From positions 6,838 to 70,837 of IMG/VR virus record IMGVR_UViG_3300025162_000050: 64,000 nucleotides of DNA. One strand, given 5' to 3'. A model generated the notes under the pieces. The model did no database searches and was not told the origin of the DNA. It saw only the letters and a list, made by a program, of their open reading frames with translations. A program made the translations under genes and the position numbers. The DNA comes from a virus. Shown piece by piece: positions 23,301-37,294 of the stretch. The first letter of the stretch is position 1. Every line of letters begins with the position of its first letter.

Positions 23301-26300
23301 TCAGTGGAAAGAATGCATATAATACTTTAAAATCATTTACAGATGGTGTTGAGGCAATTGAAAATTGGTTTGCTAATAATGATATTGCGACTAAATTTGG
23401 TGATTTAGATTTTGGTGTATTAATTAATCTTATTGCACAATCAAAATATATTGCTAAGAATAGTGATAATACAATATCATTTGTAACTCAAAATGAAGAT
23501 TCATTTGAAAAGTTATTGATAGACAATCCAATTACACAGCGTATTGCGGATATGTTTGGTAATGACGTTGATAAGTTCAAACAATTTATTAAGGAGAATG
23601 AGCAATCTATTGAGAATATAATTGATGCACACTATAAAGTTGAAGATAAAGTTTCTGAAGTTAAATTAGATGAAGACACAGAAAATGAATATGGATTCTC
23701 TGATTCACTAGATAATTTTGATTCAAAGATAACTCAACTCGCATCTTTATTTAATTCAATTCTAAATGGTATTTCGATAGATTCTGTAAATGAAGATTTC
23801 GTTAGAGACCAATTTGGAATAACTAATACAGATGATATTGCTGAATTTATCAAGATATTCAAAAAGATTAATATTGACAATGCATTTAGATTAACTAATC
23901 TATGCTCGGAGGCATTTCGTGAAAACAAACTATTTTCAAAAGGTGCATCACAAAAAATAGATTCAGATAATTATAAGGATGTTAGAAATGTAAGAGAGCT
24001 TTTTAAAATTATTCTTAAAGATAATAGAATTCTTGGAGTTCAAAATACAACTCAATATGAATGGCTTCCAGATATAGAAGATGGCAAGGATAGAAATGGT
24101 AAGACTAAATATAAACATCACGTAGTAGTTGCTAGAAATGTAAATGAAGCAAACGTAAGAGATGTCAAGAAAGACGTAGTTGTTACTTCTAAAAAGATCG
24201 GTCATAGACATAGCGATATTCAATCTATATTAAACAATATAGTATTAGCTAATAAGTCTATTAACAATAAAAACTTTAGAGCAAATAGAACTTTAGCTGA
24301 AATTAAAAATGGTAGTTCAAACAAAACTAAAAAGTCTGTATCAATTATGAATACTGACAACGAGTTTTACTTTGATAAGAATGCTGAAGCATTTGATAAG
24401 ACTATTGATAGAAGTTCAGATGAAAAAGTTGCTGAAAACTTAGAGGCTGTTAGAGCTAATTCAGAAAGTTATACTTATAGACTTGCTGATTTAAAATATA
24501 TGCTTGATGAGAATAATAAACTCAGACGTAATATAGATGCTAATGAGGTTTCAGAAGCAAATAAATCAGGTAATTTTGATATGATGGAAGATTTAACAAC
24601 AACTAACTTTAGTGGTATTACTAAAACAACACTAACTGTTACCAATGGCAAATCTAAATTAGAAGCTAAAAAAGAGGTTAAATTTGAAGTTCAGGACGTT
24701 GAAAAACCAATAGATGAAGTTGCTGATATAGATGATTTACTACTTGAGAAAGATAATGAATCAGAACAATTAGTCGGTAGAGAAATTAAAGTTAATTCTG
24801 CATTAGAATACCTAAGAAGATTATTTCCAACAGAATCAGAAGATATGTTTAAATTCTTGGAAGCTGTTAGAAGTGGTGATAAGAGTGTTTTCGGTAGATT
24901 TGTAAATGGTATCATTGAAGTTGAAAAAGCATCATCTAATACTGTATATGAAAATATAGTTAGACACGAGGCTTTCCATAAAGTATGGAATGAGTATTTA
25001 ACTCAATCACAAAGAAATTCTATCGTAGAAGCATACTTAAATACTTTAACAGAACAACAAGAGAAAGAGCAAGGATTATTTGGACTTCCATTAGAACAAT
25101 TATCTAAGATACTTGAAGAAAAAATAGCTAGAAAATATCAAGTATATAATAAAAATCAAGATAAGAATTATGGCTTCATGCAGAAATCATTACTATTCTT
25201 AAAAGACGTATTCAGTAGACTTAAAACAATGCTTACTGGACGTAAATCTGATATAGAACATTACTTTGACTTAATTGATGGTGGATATTTTAATAAACAA
25301 TTTACAAACTTTAGAGGAACTCGTGGATACTATGGTATTCAAGAAGATTTTAAATCAGTAGATAGTTACATAATAGCTAAACAAAAAGTTGCTGAGATAT
25401 TTGCGCATATATCATCTGTTGGAAGAAATGGAAGTTTCATTCCATTCTCAGAGACAGAAATTAATGATTCTTTATTAGCTACAATGAAATCTTTACTTGC
25501 AAAAACTAAAGATATTGTATCTAAAATGGATGCGAATAATCTATTTGGACAAGATAAGATTAATTACGATAAGTATTTAAAAAATATAGAAGCATACGAA
25601 TCTTTATTAAAGACTAAGAATGGAACTAAATTTCCAGTGCTAGTTAAGATGTTAGATGAGGTACTTCCTGGTCGTGGTGAAAATTCTATTATAGATACTC
25701 ATGGAGAAGTTGTTAGTGATGGCAATGAATTAAGCATGAATGACATTGACGAAGAATCTGACGTTAAGACTGAAAATTCTGAAGGTACAGTATTATCACC
25801 GTTTGCAGTTAATTCAAATGAAGTTAATCAAGAGACTAAACTATTTGCAAAAATAAAACACTTCTTAATGACCATTAAGAATCTTAGTGGAGATTTTGTT
25901 AATAATAGATATGCATTTATTAGAGTATTCCAATTAATGGAAGGACTTAATAATGATTTAGATTCTTCCTCTAAGTTGAATATAATGGATCAGATTGCTG
26001 CTGTTTTATCTAAGAGTATCACTAAGTCTAAAACACTTAATGCAGTAGAATTAGAAAGTCAATATGGTAATCGTTCAGATGTTGCTATATTTCTCAAATT
26101 AAAAGAGATATATGAACTAGCTTCTGGAATTAATTATCCATCGTTTATGTCTAAATCTAATAAGGACTTAGTAAACGTTCCAATTAGAAACGACATAAAA
26201 GTATTCTTAGATAAGAATGGGGATGTATCTACTATTGCATATTCTAAAGATGGATCTGAAATAAAAGAACCTCTATTAATAGATATAAAAAATAACAATG

Positions 26301-29300
26301 AAATATCTGTTATAGAGAAATTTGATGATGAGAGTCAGAAAGAATTTGCAGAAAGAGCATTTAAATCAACTTTTGGATATAATGAAAAATCTAATATAGT
26401 TGAAATGTCTGCCATTATGCATAGAGAACTGGCTCGTAATAAATGAACTGAAATACAAAACACATTTAATTCGTTAAAAGAAGAACGACTTAAAATTGTA
26501 AAGAATAAGAATGATAATAACAATATGACTATCTCATCAACAGATGGTCAGTCATCTTCAAAGAATACGACTTTAGTTGGTGCTTTAAAGAAGAAAATAT
26601 CAAGCAAATTTAAGACTATTGATGAATTCAAAGCGTTTGTAACCAAAGATAAAAAGTTTGGCAATCCAGAAGTTTATGATAGTATAAAGAATGATCCTGA
26701 CAAAATAAAAGAATATTGTTTTGACTTCTTAAAGAAGATTGGTATTACCAATATCAGCAAAGCATCTGGTAGTGATATTAAATACACTGATTTAATGAAT
26801 AATATTTATCATTTTATGCGTACTAATGCATTGATGGCAATAGAAAAGATTGAATCAAGTAATAAAATATTTGAATTTAATGATAATTCTAATCTATTGG
26901 ATGACGAATTAAGAATGTCAGATGAATATGTTGAAGATTTATTTGAAGATGAAGGTGGTATTTTAGAATCTATATCAGACTTAGTAAATCCCGAAGATAA
27001 TCAAAGTGTTAGTTCTACGTATAGAGATGCAAAAGGTAAGAGATTGTATATGACAGTTCCTACCTCTTTTGCAAGCAAGGTATTTAAACAGTTAGGAATG
27101 ATGAAGTTATTCTCAAAATTTATTAATTTGCCACAATACCTTAGTACTGACTTTATGAAAGACAACATTATACAAAAAGGTCTTCAGGAGATTTATACAT
27201 TTAGAATGCATAGTGGTATTTTAAATACAAGTAAATACACAGATGATTCAGTTGTTGAATATGATGGTGAAGGATTCTCTCAATTTATATTGAGAACATT
27301 CTTAGCTGACTTTCTATCAAACTTTAAGAAATCTAAAAAGGGTGGTGATTATACATATGAACAACCTGTATACGTTAAGTCTAATAGAAAAGATTCTCAA
27401 TCAGCAAAGATAAACGTATTGTCATCTCGCAATATATTGGAAACTATATTTCCAACTATATTTAATCAGATGATGAAACAAAATATATCTGATGAATCAA
27501 GATGGGAAGATTACAGTGTAGATTCATTTGTAAATATGAAAAGATTAGAGAATGCATTAAGAGATGTACTTGGTGAAAACTATAAGTCGATCTTTAGAGA
27601 AATGCTTTCTAACAAACAATCTTTCTCAGACTTTACTTCTGAACAACAGTCTGCAATCAAAGAACATTTAAGAAATCAATTCGAAGAGGAATCTAAAGTT
27701 GTAGCTAAAAAGATTGTAAATGAAAATGTACAATTTGATGCAAAGACGAAAGATTTAATAAAGAATCTTCTTATGTTTAATGGAATGTCAGAAGTTGATG
27801 CAAAAGAAGTTATCAAAGATTTTTCTGAGAATCAGTCTAAAAACAACAACGCTAAAACTGGTAATACTGGAGTCTATTCTAATAAGCCAGAAATGTTTGA
27901 AAAAGCTATTGAGTTATTCTTAATGAATAATTATGTTAATTCATATGCTGTTACACAATTAGTAACTTCAAACAATAACTTCTTTAAGAATGGAACTTCA
28001 CTGCTTAAACGTATGTCTGTTGTATTTGGACCTGGATTATCTCCTACGGTTGGTGATTTAGGAATGAGAACAACAGCTAAAGTCTTAGTGATAGATGATG
28101 TTAATTACAAGCCAGAAGATAGAGCTATAATGATGAAGGCCGCAGGGTTCTCTCAAAGTGATATTAATGCAGTATTAGAAAAAGGTGGTGATGGTATAAC
28201 TGAATATGCAGATGGACAAGGATTTATAACCCCTAAACGCCATGCAGAATTAACTCGTGGTTATGGCACTTCATATAAACTGTCAACAGTTGGAAAACCA
28301 TTATGGTACACAATTGATGATAATGGAGTTCCTCATGCAGTTAAATATTCATGGGTGGTACTTACTGACCAACTGGTAAAAGATAATCCTCAGTTAGCTA
28401 ATTTAAGGGCTAATATGGATACTCATGATATTGGTGAGGCTGTATTTAAATCAGCAGTTAAAGTTGGTATTCCTAAAGGTATACACAGTTGGGAAGAGGC
28501 AACTTCAAGTGGATTAAAAGTAAATGATTCATCTACTATGACACTTAAAAATGCTGACTATAGATTACAGTTAAATCCAGCACACGACTTTGGTGAAAAT
28601 CACGTATCAATTCCTACACAGTTAATGTATATACTTAATATATTTCATGGTAATGAAGAAAGAGCTATGAAAGCATACGATGCATACAATAATATTATTA
28701 AGTTAGGATTATCTACTTTGATGGAATCCTTATCAAATAAAGGTGTTCTTAGCGAGTCTAAGATATCCAAAATGGTATTGAGGAAATTAAGGGGTTCTAA
28801 GTCTGCTGAAGTTGAAGCTGAAATGTTTGCCACTGGTATATCGCAAGACTTTCCAACATTAAGTAATAAAATAGTTAGCCAAATAGCATCTTTGTTTTCA
28901 AAGAATACTATATCAACTAAGTTTATGGGCGGTAAGACCGTTTTACAGGCTGCTGTTGGAGTTAAAAATAGAGAAGGCAAGGAATTATCATATAGTACAG
29001 AAACTATCAATGGTAAGCGCCACACAATCTCTGAAGCTTTAATTACTCATGATATGGCTGAGAAAACATTACCTAAAGAAGTATTTGATTATTTAGATGA
29101 ATTCTTCTCTAATCCAGCAAATAATGGTAAATCTCCAAGGGTTGCTATTGTTGGTGGTGATATGTTAGGATTTCGTATTCCATCATCTGAAATACATAGT
29201 GCTGTTGCACTTAAAATTGAAGGATGGTTTGAAGGTACTGGTAATAGCATCATAGTTCCTAAATATATTGTAGAGATTCACGGTAGTGACTTTGACGTTG

Positions 29301-31975
29301 ACTCGTTATTTATTATTGGTAGAGAATTTATCAAAGATAAAGATGGCAAGATTTTAAACTATAAACAAGTTGATGGTAAATGGGTATTTAATCAATTATC
29401 ACAAGATGAGATTAATAACTTATCTTATGGTGATAAAATGAAATACTTTAAAAGCATCATTACTGACTCTATATTAGAAGCTACAGTAGACCCTGTTAAT
29501 ACAGTCAGAATGCAATCTCCTATTACAACAAAGCAATTGAGTGATGTTAGACAGGAGATATACAATGAAACTGGAACTAAAGCAACTAAAAAAGACTTAG
29601 ATAATTCTGATTTTATGGAATCGTTTGAAGCTCATCAGTCATCTCATAATGGTTCTGCTGGAACTGGTATTGCTGCTAGTGCATTTAAAACAATTGCATA
29701 CGCTATACGGGCTGGAGAAAATAACGAGATACCAACAGTAACAACTACTGGTCAACAATTAATGATTGATGGCAAATTAGTTGATAAATTATCAAATAAT
29801 TTAAAGCTATACGAATGGCTTGACGCTTTGGTAAATGCTGCTATTGATAATGTGAAACTTCAAGTATTACCATTCTTTAATTTAAATTCAAATACATTTG
29901 CCATATTCATTGGGATGATGGCAATGGATGGAGTTGGTTTAAAATATGCAGCTAGAATGTCAAGACAATTGTTCTTTAAACAAATAGCTGACTTTAAATC
30001 TCCAACATCAAGAGATTTTGGATTTAAAGAAACTAATAAATTAATTGAAGAATTAAAACAACTAGTTAAACATGAGTCAATAGAAGCTACGGATTATCAA
30101 TATAAAGATTTAGTTCTTCAAGAATTGAAGGATTCATTGAAGTTTGCAACTGATAATAATATATCTTCATTATCTGAATACTTATCTGATTTAAGGTCTG
30201 GTAAGGTAGAACTAACTGATGAACATAAAGCTTATATTAATTCTCAAATAAAATTCATGGAATATCTCAAAACATTTAAAAAGATAGGTGGTGACTTAAC
30301 TTCATTGTCTGGATATTTATCTATAATAAGAGATATGCCAACAACACAACTTGAAATTGAAAGAAAACTAGAAGTTGAGAATGATATATTTGAGAAAGAC
30401 GATAATGGCAATATGGTTTCTAAAGAGAACTTCTCAATAGGTCTTAAAAATTTATTTGAATCTGCACCACATATTAAATCTGCATCAGAAGTCTTACATC
30501 AATTAAATGATGTAAATAAGATGTATATATTCAAACATGGTCCAATAGTAAAATCACTTATAGACTCTATTAAATCAAGTCCAGAAGCTATTAATGAATC
30601 ATTAAAACCTGAAAGTGAATTAGAGGATACTGAAAAGTCAAATTCAAGTTCAATAAAAGGTGGTAAGGAAACAGAAATATCTATGAGAGATGAGGTTATT
30701 AGATTCTTAATGAATTGTATTAACTGAGATCCAAAATTCAAAGGATATGATTCTATACCAGATGCTAGAATAAAAGTTAACAATAAAGAAACTAAAGTTT
30801 CTGGTGTTGATGCTTTTAAGAAAAACTTTGGTAAAAAGGTTGAAGCTATAATGAGTTATTTGGAGTCAAACAATATTCCTAATAGATTTATGAAAGAATT
30901 AGTTGGTACTGTAATGTCTAATACTATTATAGATTGGAAGATGCCACGTTCTGTTGAATTTAAATCAGATGATATTATTCAATTAAAAGCTGAATTCGAT
31001 AAACTAAGTCAATACGACGTTGTTTTTGAAGACGGTAAATACAAAGTAGTTCTTTCAGATAATTTAGATTATAAAGAATGGCAGAAAGACTTTGTTAGAT
31101 ATGGTATATCAGTTAATGGAATGTCGTTTGGTGCTACTAATTTTTCAATGGTATTACCAGACGCATTATATAAACCAGTATCTGATGGACTATCTAATCT
31201 TATTAGCAAAATAAAATCTGATAGCACTGTGTTAATGAGAAATAAGTTAAACTTCTTCTATCAATATATAATGAATAATCCAGAAGTTATTAAGCTTGCT
31301 TATTTGAAGAAAGTTACATCCAAAGGTAAATATTCAGGTTTTGCAGAGATAAATGGTCAAACACATTTTTATGATATGCAACTTGAATCTAAATCTGAAG
31401 ATGATAAATTCAACTTATTAATAAGACAAGTAAATAATAAAGGCAAATCATTCATATATAAACTTATTGGAGTTAATGGTAGTTCGCTTTACTATGTGAA
31501 GTTAGGTGCTGAAAATCCTTCAAATTTTTATAATATGTCAGAAGATTTATTCTTTGGTGCTGACGGTGATTTTTATATCAATACAAAAATTCCTTCATTA
31601 GCAGTAATTAATAACAATGACAAAGAGTTTAAACTAGAAGGTCGTGATGGTAAGGAAAATGATTTATTATCAATGCTTAAAGCTAAGTATGATAAAAATC
31701 CATTTATCATTGCAGTACACAATTATACAGACGTAATGAGAACTGGTTCAAAAGAAGTTGTTGTTGAAATTAAAGGCAATAAACTTGTAGTCGTTGATGA
31801 AAAGGTTTATAAAGCTACAGTAGAAGAAGAAGTAACTGAAGTTGTTGATAATTCATTTGAAGCAAATAAAGACGATATCTTAAATAAATTCGCTGAAGAA
31901 ACTCAAGAATCTTGGGATGCTAAAAACGAAGAAATCAAATCTGAATTAATTAAACAAATTAAAGAGGGTTGTTAA
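17336..31975 (+). CDS. giant virion RNA polymerase polyprotein, 4879 aa (SF1 helicase-like + zincin + two-barrel RNAP), 3 TGA=Trp
   Basis: Four track ORFs share one frame and are separated only by TGA at 18404, 26444 and 30725. Motifs: catalytic GSDFDVD (~29282), RIP (~29174), DGQG (~28211), HEAFH (~24965) and GIAGTGKT (~21386). Confidence 0.9.
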
Positions 31976-31990
31976 TCAATAAAAATAAAT

Positions 31991-34900
31991 ATGGCAAATT
32001 GCATAAATATTAATCATCCAGAGTTCCTCCAAATGGTGAGGGACTCTGGTCTTTCAAGAGCAGATTTATGTGCTCATATAGGTATTTGGATGAGAAATAA
32101 CAACTCTGAAAATTGACCAACATTAGAACAATTAAATTTAAATAAATCTGACGAAAGTAAATTATCAAACGTTTTTGAAAAATTAATTGTATTATCTAAG
32201 AATGCAAAAGATTCAATTTCTAAAGTTATTGATTTGTTAGCTAAATCCTCTAAAAGAGATGATTTAATTCTAGGAGAATTATCTAAAAGATTATTCAATA
32301 ATACGTCTTATCAAATACTTAGTTCTGGTGAATTAAAAGAAAGATTTAAAGAGTTTAATAAAAATGATATTGCTTTTTACGATGTTTCATCAAACATAAT
32401 CTTTATTAACTCAGACAACAAATTAAACTCAGATGATAAAGAATTCTCAAAAACAATGATGCATGAAATTATACATGCGGCAACAGTTCAAAGAATTAAA
32501 CAATTAGCCAATAAGATAGCAAATAAAACCGCAACTAAACAGGAAATCGAATTAAATGATGAATTAAATAAAGTTTATTCATTAGCCAAATTAAATCTTC
32601 AAGATAAATTTCCACAATACTTTCAAGAAACTAATTCATTGGAAGAATTTGTTGCTGGAATTTTAGACCAAGACTTTCTTGATGAATTAAATAAAATTGA
32701 ATATAATGAAAATGCAAATTTATCATTAAAAGATAGAATTTTATCAATTATCAAACAAGTTCTTGGAATAAACGAGAGGACTCTTGCTGCTGCTGCTTTT
32801 ACTAATTTATTTAATTTGGCTGACATTAAAAATGATGAAGAGTTTAATCCATCTGAAGAAATATTTAAACGTACTGAGGGTATTGAAGATTTAAGTGAAG
32901 AGACTCAAGCTATCATAAACAAAAACGAAGGTCTTGAAGTTGAAATGGTCACTAATGAAGCTGGTTTACAAGTCCAAGGTGAGCATTACATTAATTCAGA
33001 AGGAAAACTATTCAATCGTATTACTTATGGCGCTAAATCGCTTCTAAAGGCGTTCCTACCATATACATTTAAACAGAATGATGATTACGCGAAGTCAGAG
33101 GCTGATAGACGTTGGGGAGAATACGACCATAGCACCAAATTTTCTATTGAAGGTAAATTATATACATATGATGAATACTTAGAAAATCTTAGAACTATTA
33201 ATACTCGTGGAACTGCAAAGGGTAATATTATCCATGCATTAAACGAGTTAATAAATGCAATAACAGCAGAAAATATTAGTCGATTAAAAGCTAAAGTTTA
33301 TTCTATCGAGGAAGAGAATGGTATAACTCATGGTAATTACAATTGGTTTACGAAAAGTATTAGACAGATATATGAAACTCTTGGAATAAATAAATTTAAT
33401 GATAATATTCCAATAGAACTTAGAGATAAAGTTGTATGTGAGGTTCCAATATCAAGTGAATTACTTGGATATGGTGGTTCTATAGATATGTTAGTTGAGC
33501 ATAATGAAAAGATAAGGAACTATCTTGGAGAAGAAGTTGGTAATATGATGAGTATCTATGATTTAAAATCAGGATATTCTGTATTAAATAAACTTGGTAA
33601 TGCTGTATTGAGATATGGAGAGCAAAGTAAATATATTAGTAATGGAGCTATGGATATGGCAAAACTTCAGGTTATGTTATATGCATTTATGATTAAACTT
33701 GAAAATCCTAATCAACAATTTAGAACACTACAAGTTGTTACCGTTCAAAATGAATACGAAGCCACTAATAAGCATAATGATTCAGTTGTAGAAGTTGATG
33801 CTTATCTTGGAATGCTTGAGGAATTTTTTAGGGATAAAAAGTTAATGAAAGAGTTGGAAATGGAGGATAATCTTTATTCAAAAATGATAGCCCAATCACC
33901 TAATTTATTTACTGAAAGTCATTATCATCATTCTCAATTTGAAAAGTCGGATATTGCAAATGTAGAAGAGTTGAATACGAAAATAAATTGTCTACAACAA
34001 TCATTACATGAAATTGGTATTAAAGATAATCCAAGAAAAGAGATCGAAATTCAAGAAAAATTAATCGAGCTCAATAAGCAAAAAATGGATTTAGAGAGTG
34101 ATTTCAATCAAATACCATTCGACCAAAATAAGGCAAATAGAACCTCATTTCTTGCGAGATGGTTGGGTGGACTTAAAGATTCTAACAATCCACTAGTTAT
34201 TGCTTTTAGACGAGCATGAGAAGCTGCTGAAGTTAGAGTTACAAAAAGACAATTAACAGCAGCAAATGAGATTGGCAAAGAAATGGACGCACTCAGAAAA
34301 GAGTATTATCAATCTAAAGGTATAATGAAATCTATAGAAGGTGATAATCTTGATATGTACAAACCATTACTTAAAGAGGCTTTTGTTGAAAATGTTGGTA
34401 GTGTAGAAAGACTTATTATAGAGTCAGATGAGGAGTGGAATGGTTTAACTCAAGTTCAAAAAGATTTTATATTAAAGCATGAAGAAGTAATGCGTAGAAT
34501 ATTTCTTGAAAAAGATGCTTATATTAATAAAACAGCATCCTACGATGTAAATAATAAACCTAAATCACACTTAAAACTTCAAAGCCCTGATTTTATATAT
34601 TATCCAGGATTCTTTGCAAAAATTCAACCATCTAAATTGGATCTACAACGTAGGATGGGAGATGGTAGTGTTAGTGCTGCTTTACTAAATCCTAAGTATC
34701 ATAAATCTATGTTGGCAGATGCATTATCATTTAATAATGAGAATATATTTGATAAATACGATGATGATAAAATCGCAATACCAATTAAATATTTAGGTTC
34801 AAGAGAATGGGATTCTAAGAGATACTATTCTTATGATATTGGAACAGCACTTATCAACTTTAATTCATGGATTGAATACAAAAAAGAGATGGATGTTATT

Positions 34901-36505
34901 TATACTGCTGGAAAATCTATCACATTCCAATTAGGTCGTGGATTTAAAAGCGATGAAAAAGATTTAAATACAAATATTCAACGAGAAATTGATATAATAA
35001 ATGGATTTTTAAGAAAAAATGTTAGGGGTATATCTAATACTGGTGAAGATTGGTTTGCTGGTAAACCGCCTAAAATCATGACTAATCCAATAACTGGACA
35101 ACCAGTATATTTCTTACCACAGAAATTTATGTCTGGACTATCCAGTTGGGGTAGACAAACTACTATGTATTTAAAACCTTGGGGTGCTACCGGTAATATG
35201 GTTCAACAACAATGGTTATTGCATAGAAATGGATTAAATTATTCATGAGCTAAAAAGTGGTTTGGAGATGAAAATAGTCAAACTGATTATAGTTTAGCTG
35301 ATGCTGTTCAAGGAGATTTAGCTTTTGCTGAAATAGCCAAAGATATGGTATTGAACAATCTTCATAACAATAAGATATGGAGATTGATGGAAATGCATAA
35401 CTATATAGATGGAAACTCAATGAAAGCTATTGAACGTAGGTCTAAGACACTTAGGGAAAGAACTTCAATAAGTGAGGCTATGTTAATACTTCACAGTACT
35501 GGTGAGCTATTTTCATTGGTTACAACTTATGTAGCTCAATTGAATCATATGAAACTTAAAGATGGTCGTTCATTCTTAGATGCTTATGAGATTGATGAAA
35601 GTGGTGAAGTTGCATGAACTGGTGGTTCTCGTGGTAAAATTAAAATGCTCGATGGCTCTTATAGGGAATTAGATGAACTTGATAGTAATGAAATATCTAG
35701 GTTTAAGCGAGTTCATGAAAAAATGTTGGGTAGTTATCGTTCTGATGAGTTTTGTGGATTAGAACTGTATGCTATGGGTCAATTCTTCTTATCACTAAAG
35801 AAATATTTTCCAAGAATTGTATTAAACTTATTTGAAGGTAAAAAAACTGATTTTTATCTAGGTGAATATGCCAAGATAGGACAATACAATATCGAAGGTA
35901 AAGATGAAGATATATACGCATGGAAAGGTCGTGAAATTGAAGGTAAGTTTAGGTCTATAATTCATGCGTTTTCAATTGCTGCATCATTTTCAACTTTAAG
36001 ATTTGAAGACGCTAAGCAGAAGTGAGAACAACTTAATTTTGAACAAAAGCGCAATATCCTTGAAGGTATACAAACATGCGCTGAATGGGCTGCTCTTGCC
36101 ATTCTTTATTCTATGGTATTTGGTGCAACTTCAGATGATGATGCTCGTAAGAAATGGTTTAAAATGTATATGTTAGACAACTTAGCTCAACAGTATAATC
36201 CTATTGACCAATTAAGAACATTATCAAATGTAACACCAGTAGGTCTTGCAAAAGCATTTAAGGCTGGTGTTGGTATATCTACAATGTCTTTTGCTCTTAT
36301 GGATTTAGGTATGGGAGATATGGAAGGTGCTTATACTCAAGAAGGCGATTTGCGTGGTTGGACTGAGGTTCAAAAGTCTATTCCATACTATGCTTCATAC
36401 TATGATTTCTTCAAGAAATTAAGCACTATATCTGGATCAACTGATGGACAAGAAAAATCTTGGTTTGAAGGATGAGCTGATATGGATTACACTAAAACTA
36501 AATAA
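31991..36505 (+). CDS. large cargo protein with zincin and PD-(D/E)xK nuclease-like domains, 1504 aa, 6 TGA=Trp
   Basis: ATG 31991 to TAA 36503, with TGA at 32114, 34217, 35246, 35615, 36023 and 36473. Motifs HEIIH...EEFVA and E..I...GSIDML...YDLKSG...QVMLYA. Hydrophobic helices near the C-terminus. Confidence 0.85.
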
Positions 36506-36540
36506 GACAGGCTAAATTTTTTTCGTGGACATTAAAAACA

Positions 36541-36575
36541 AAGGGAGGTATTGATTCATATCAGTCCTCCCTTTT
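36541..36575. terminator. probable bidirectional terminator between convergent arms
   Basis: AAGGGAGG-T-ATTGAT-TCAT-ATCAGT-CCTCCCTT hairpin, with an A-rich 5' flank and a T-run 3' flank, at the strand switch. Confidence 0.75.
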
Positions 36576-36609
36576 CTCATTTATTATTATCATTATGAAA
36601 TCAAAAATT

Positions 36610-36876
36610 CTATTTTATATATTGTTCTATTATTGCTTTAATTTCATTACCACTTTTAGTTCCAGAAAATCTACACACAACTTTTCCATCATATTCAAAA
36701 ATCATTGTTGGAACACTCATTATTTTTAATTCTGTAGCTAAATCAATCTCTTTTTCAACATCTACCACGCTATATAATACCTTCGTATCATAAGATGGTA
36801 GTATTTCATTCATAGTTTTCTCAAGGTGAGAGCACGGAACACACCAGTGAGTTGAAAACTTAGTTATTTTAAGCAT
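36610..36876 (-). CDS. thioredoxin
   Basis: 88 aa with WCVPC active site and SVPT cis-Pro motif. Confidence 0.9.
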   Translation of the reverse strand: MLKITKFSTHWCVPCSHLEKTMNEILPSYDTKVLYSVVDVEKEIDLATELKIMSVPTMIFEYDGKVVCRFSGTKSGNEIKAIIEQYIK

Positions 36877-37137
36877 TTATTCTTGTATTTTAGTATATAA
36901 AACCACCCCATTCTTATCTTTCATCTCAACAACTTGTAATCCTAATTTACTTGCGCAATTCTTGCAAGCATATTTCAAATCAAACATTCCATTCTGTATA
37001 AATTGTATCGCAAATCGAATATACTGAGGAGTAGTATCTTTAATATCACACAACTCAGAATATTCAACTATAAAATTACTTAATTCTTCAATAGTTACTT
37101 GTTGATTTGAGAATATTTTATTAATAAATTCTTTCAT
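36877..37137 (-). CDS. hypothetical protein
   Basis: 86-aa ORF abutting both neighbours. Confidence 0.7.
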   Translation of the reverse strand: MKEFINKIFSNQQVTIEELSNFIVEYSELCDIKDTTPQYIRFAIQFIQNGMFDLKYACKNCASKLGLQVVEMKDKNGVVLYTKIQE

Positions 37138-37292
37138 TAATTTAATTTATTATCCCAAAAGTAGTCACATTTATTATCTATTGGTTGAAAATCACAATAT
37201 GATTGATATAGACTTGGTTTTGCCGTAAATCTATAACAACTATTCTGTTGCGAACAATTTATAGGTCGCAAGCACATCGAAATATCTGGCAT
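37137..37292 (-). CDS. small Cys-rich phage protein (51 aa)
   Basis: MPDISMC....C.....CYRF.AKP..YQSY...C.YFW. Below the track length cutoff and TAATG-coupled. Confidence 0.7.
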   Translation of the reverse strand: MPDISMCLRPINCSQQNSCYRFTAKPSLYQSYCDFQPIDNKCDYFWDNKLN

Positions 37293-37294
37293 AG

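Noticed and set aside
1265-32826. Minus-strand ORFs in the track within the + arm (e.g. 1265-1600, 13702-14124, 22321-22806, 28645-29025)
   Set aside because: Antisense shadows of long, motif-bearing + strand genes, with S/L/F-rich non-protein-like composition.
6908-36505. Fragmented ORFs as pseudogenes of a decayed prophage, or as intron/intein-split genes
   Set aside because: All breaks are in-frame TGA with no frameshifts or TAA/TAG. The gaps translate into continuous, motif-bearing protein, and I saw no intron or intein signatures.
3891-36505. TGA as selenocysteine or as Gly (code 25)
   Set aside because: The contexts are Trp-type motifs in structural proteins (WAAKW, VYWIDG, GPWG, KPWN), not redox Cys or Gly positions. 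No SECIS-like hairpin is evident after them.
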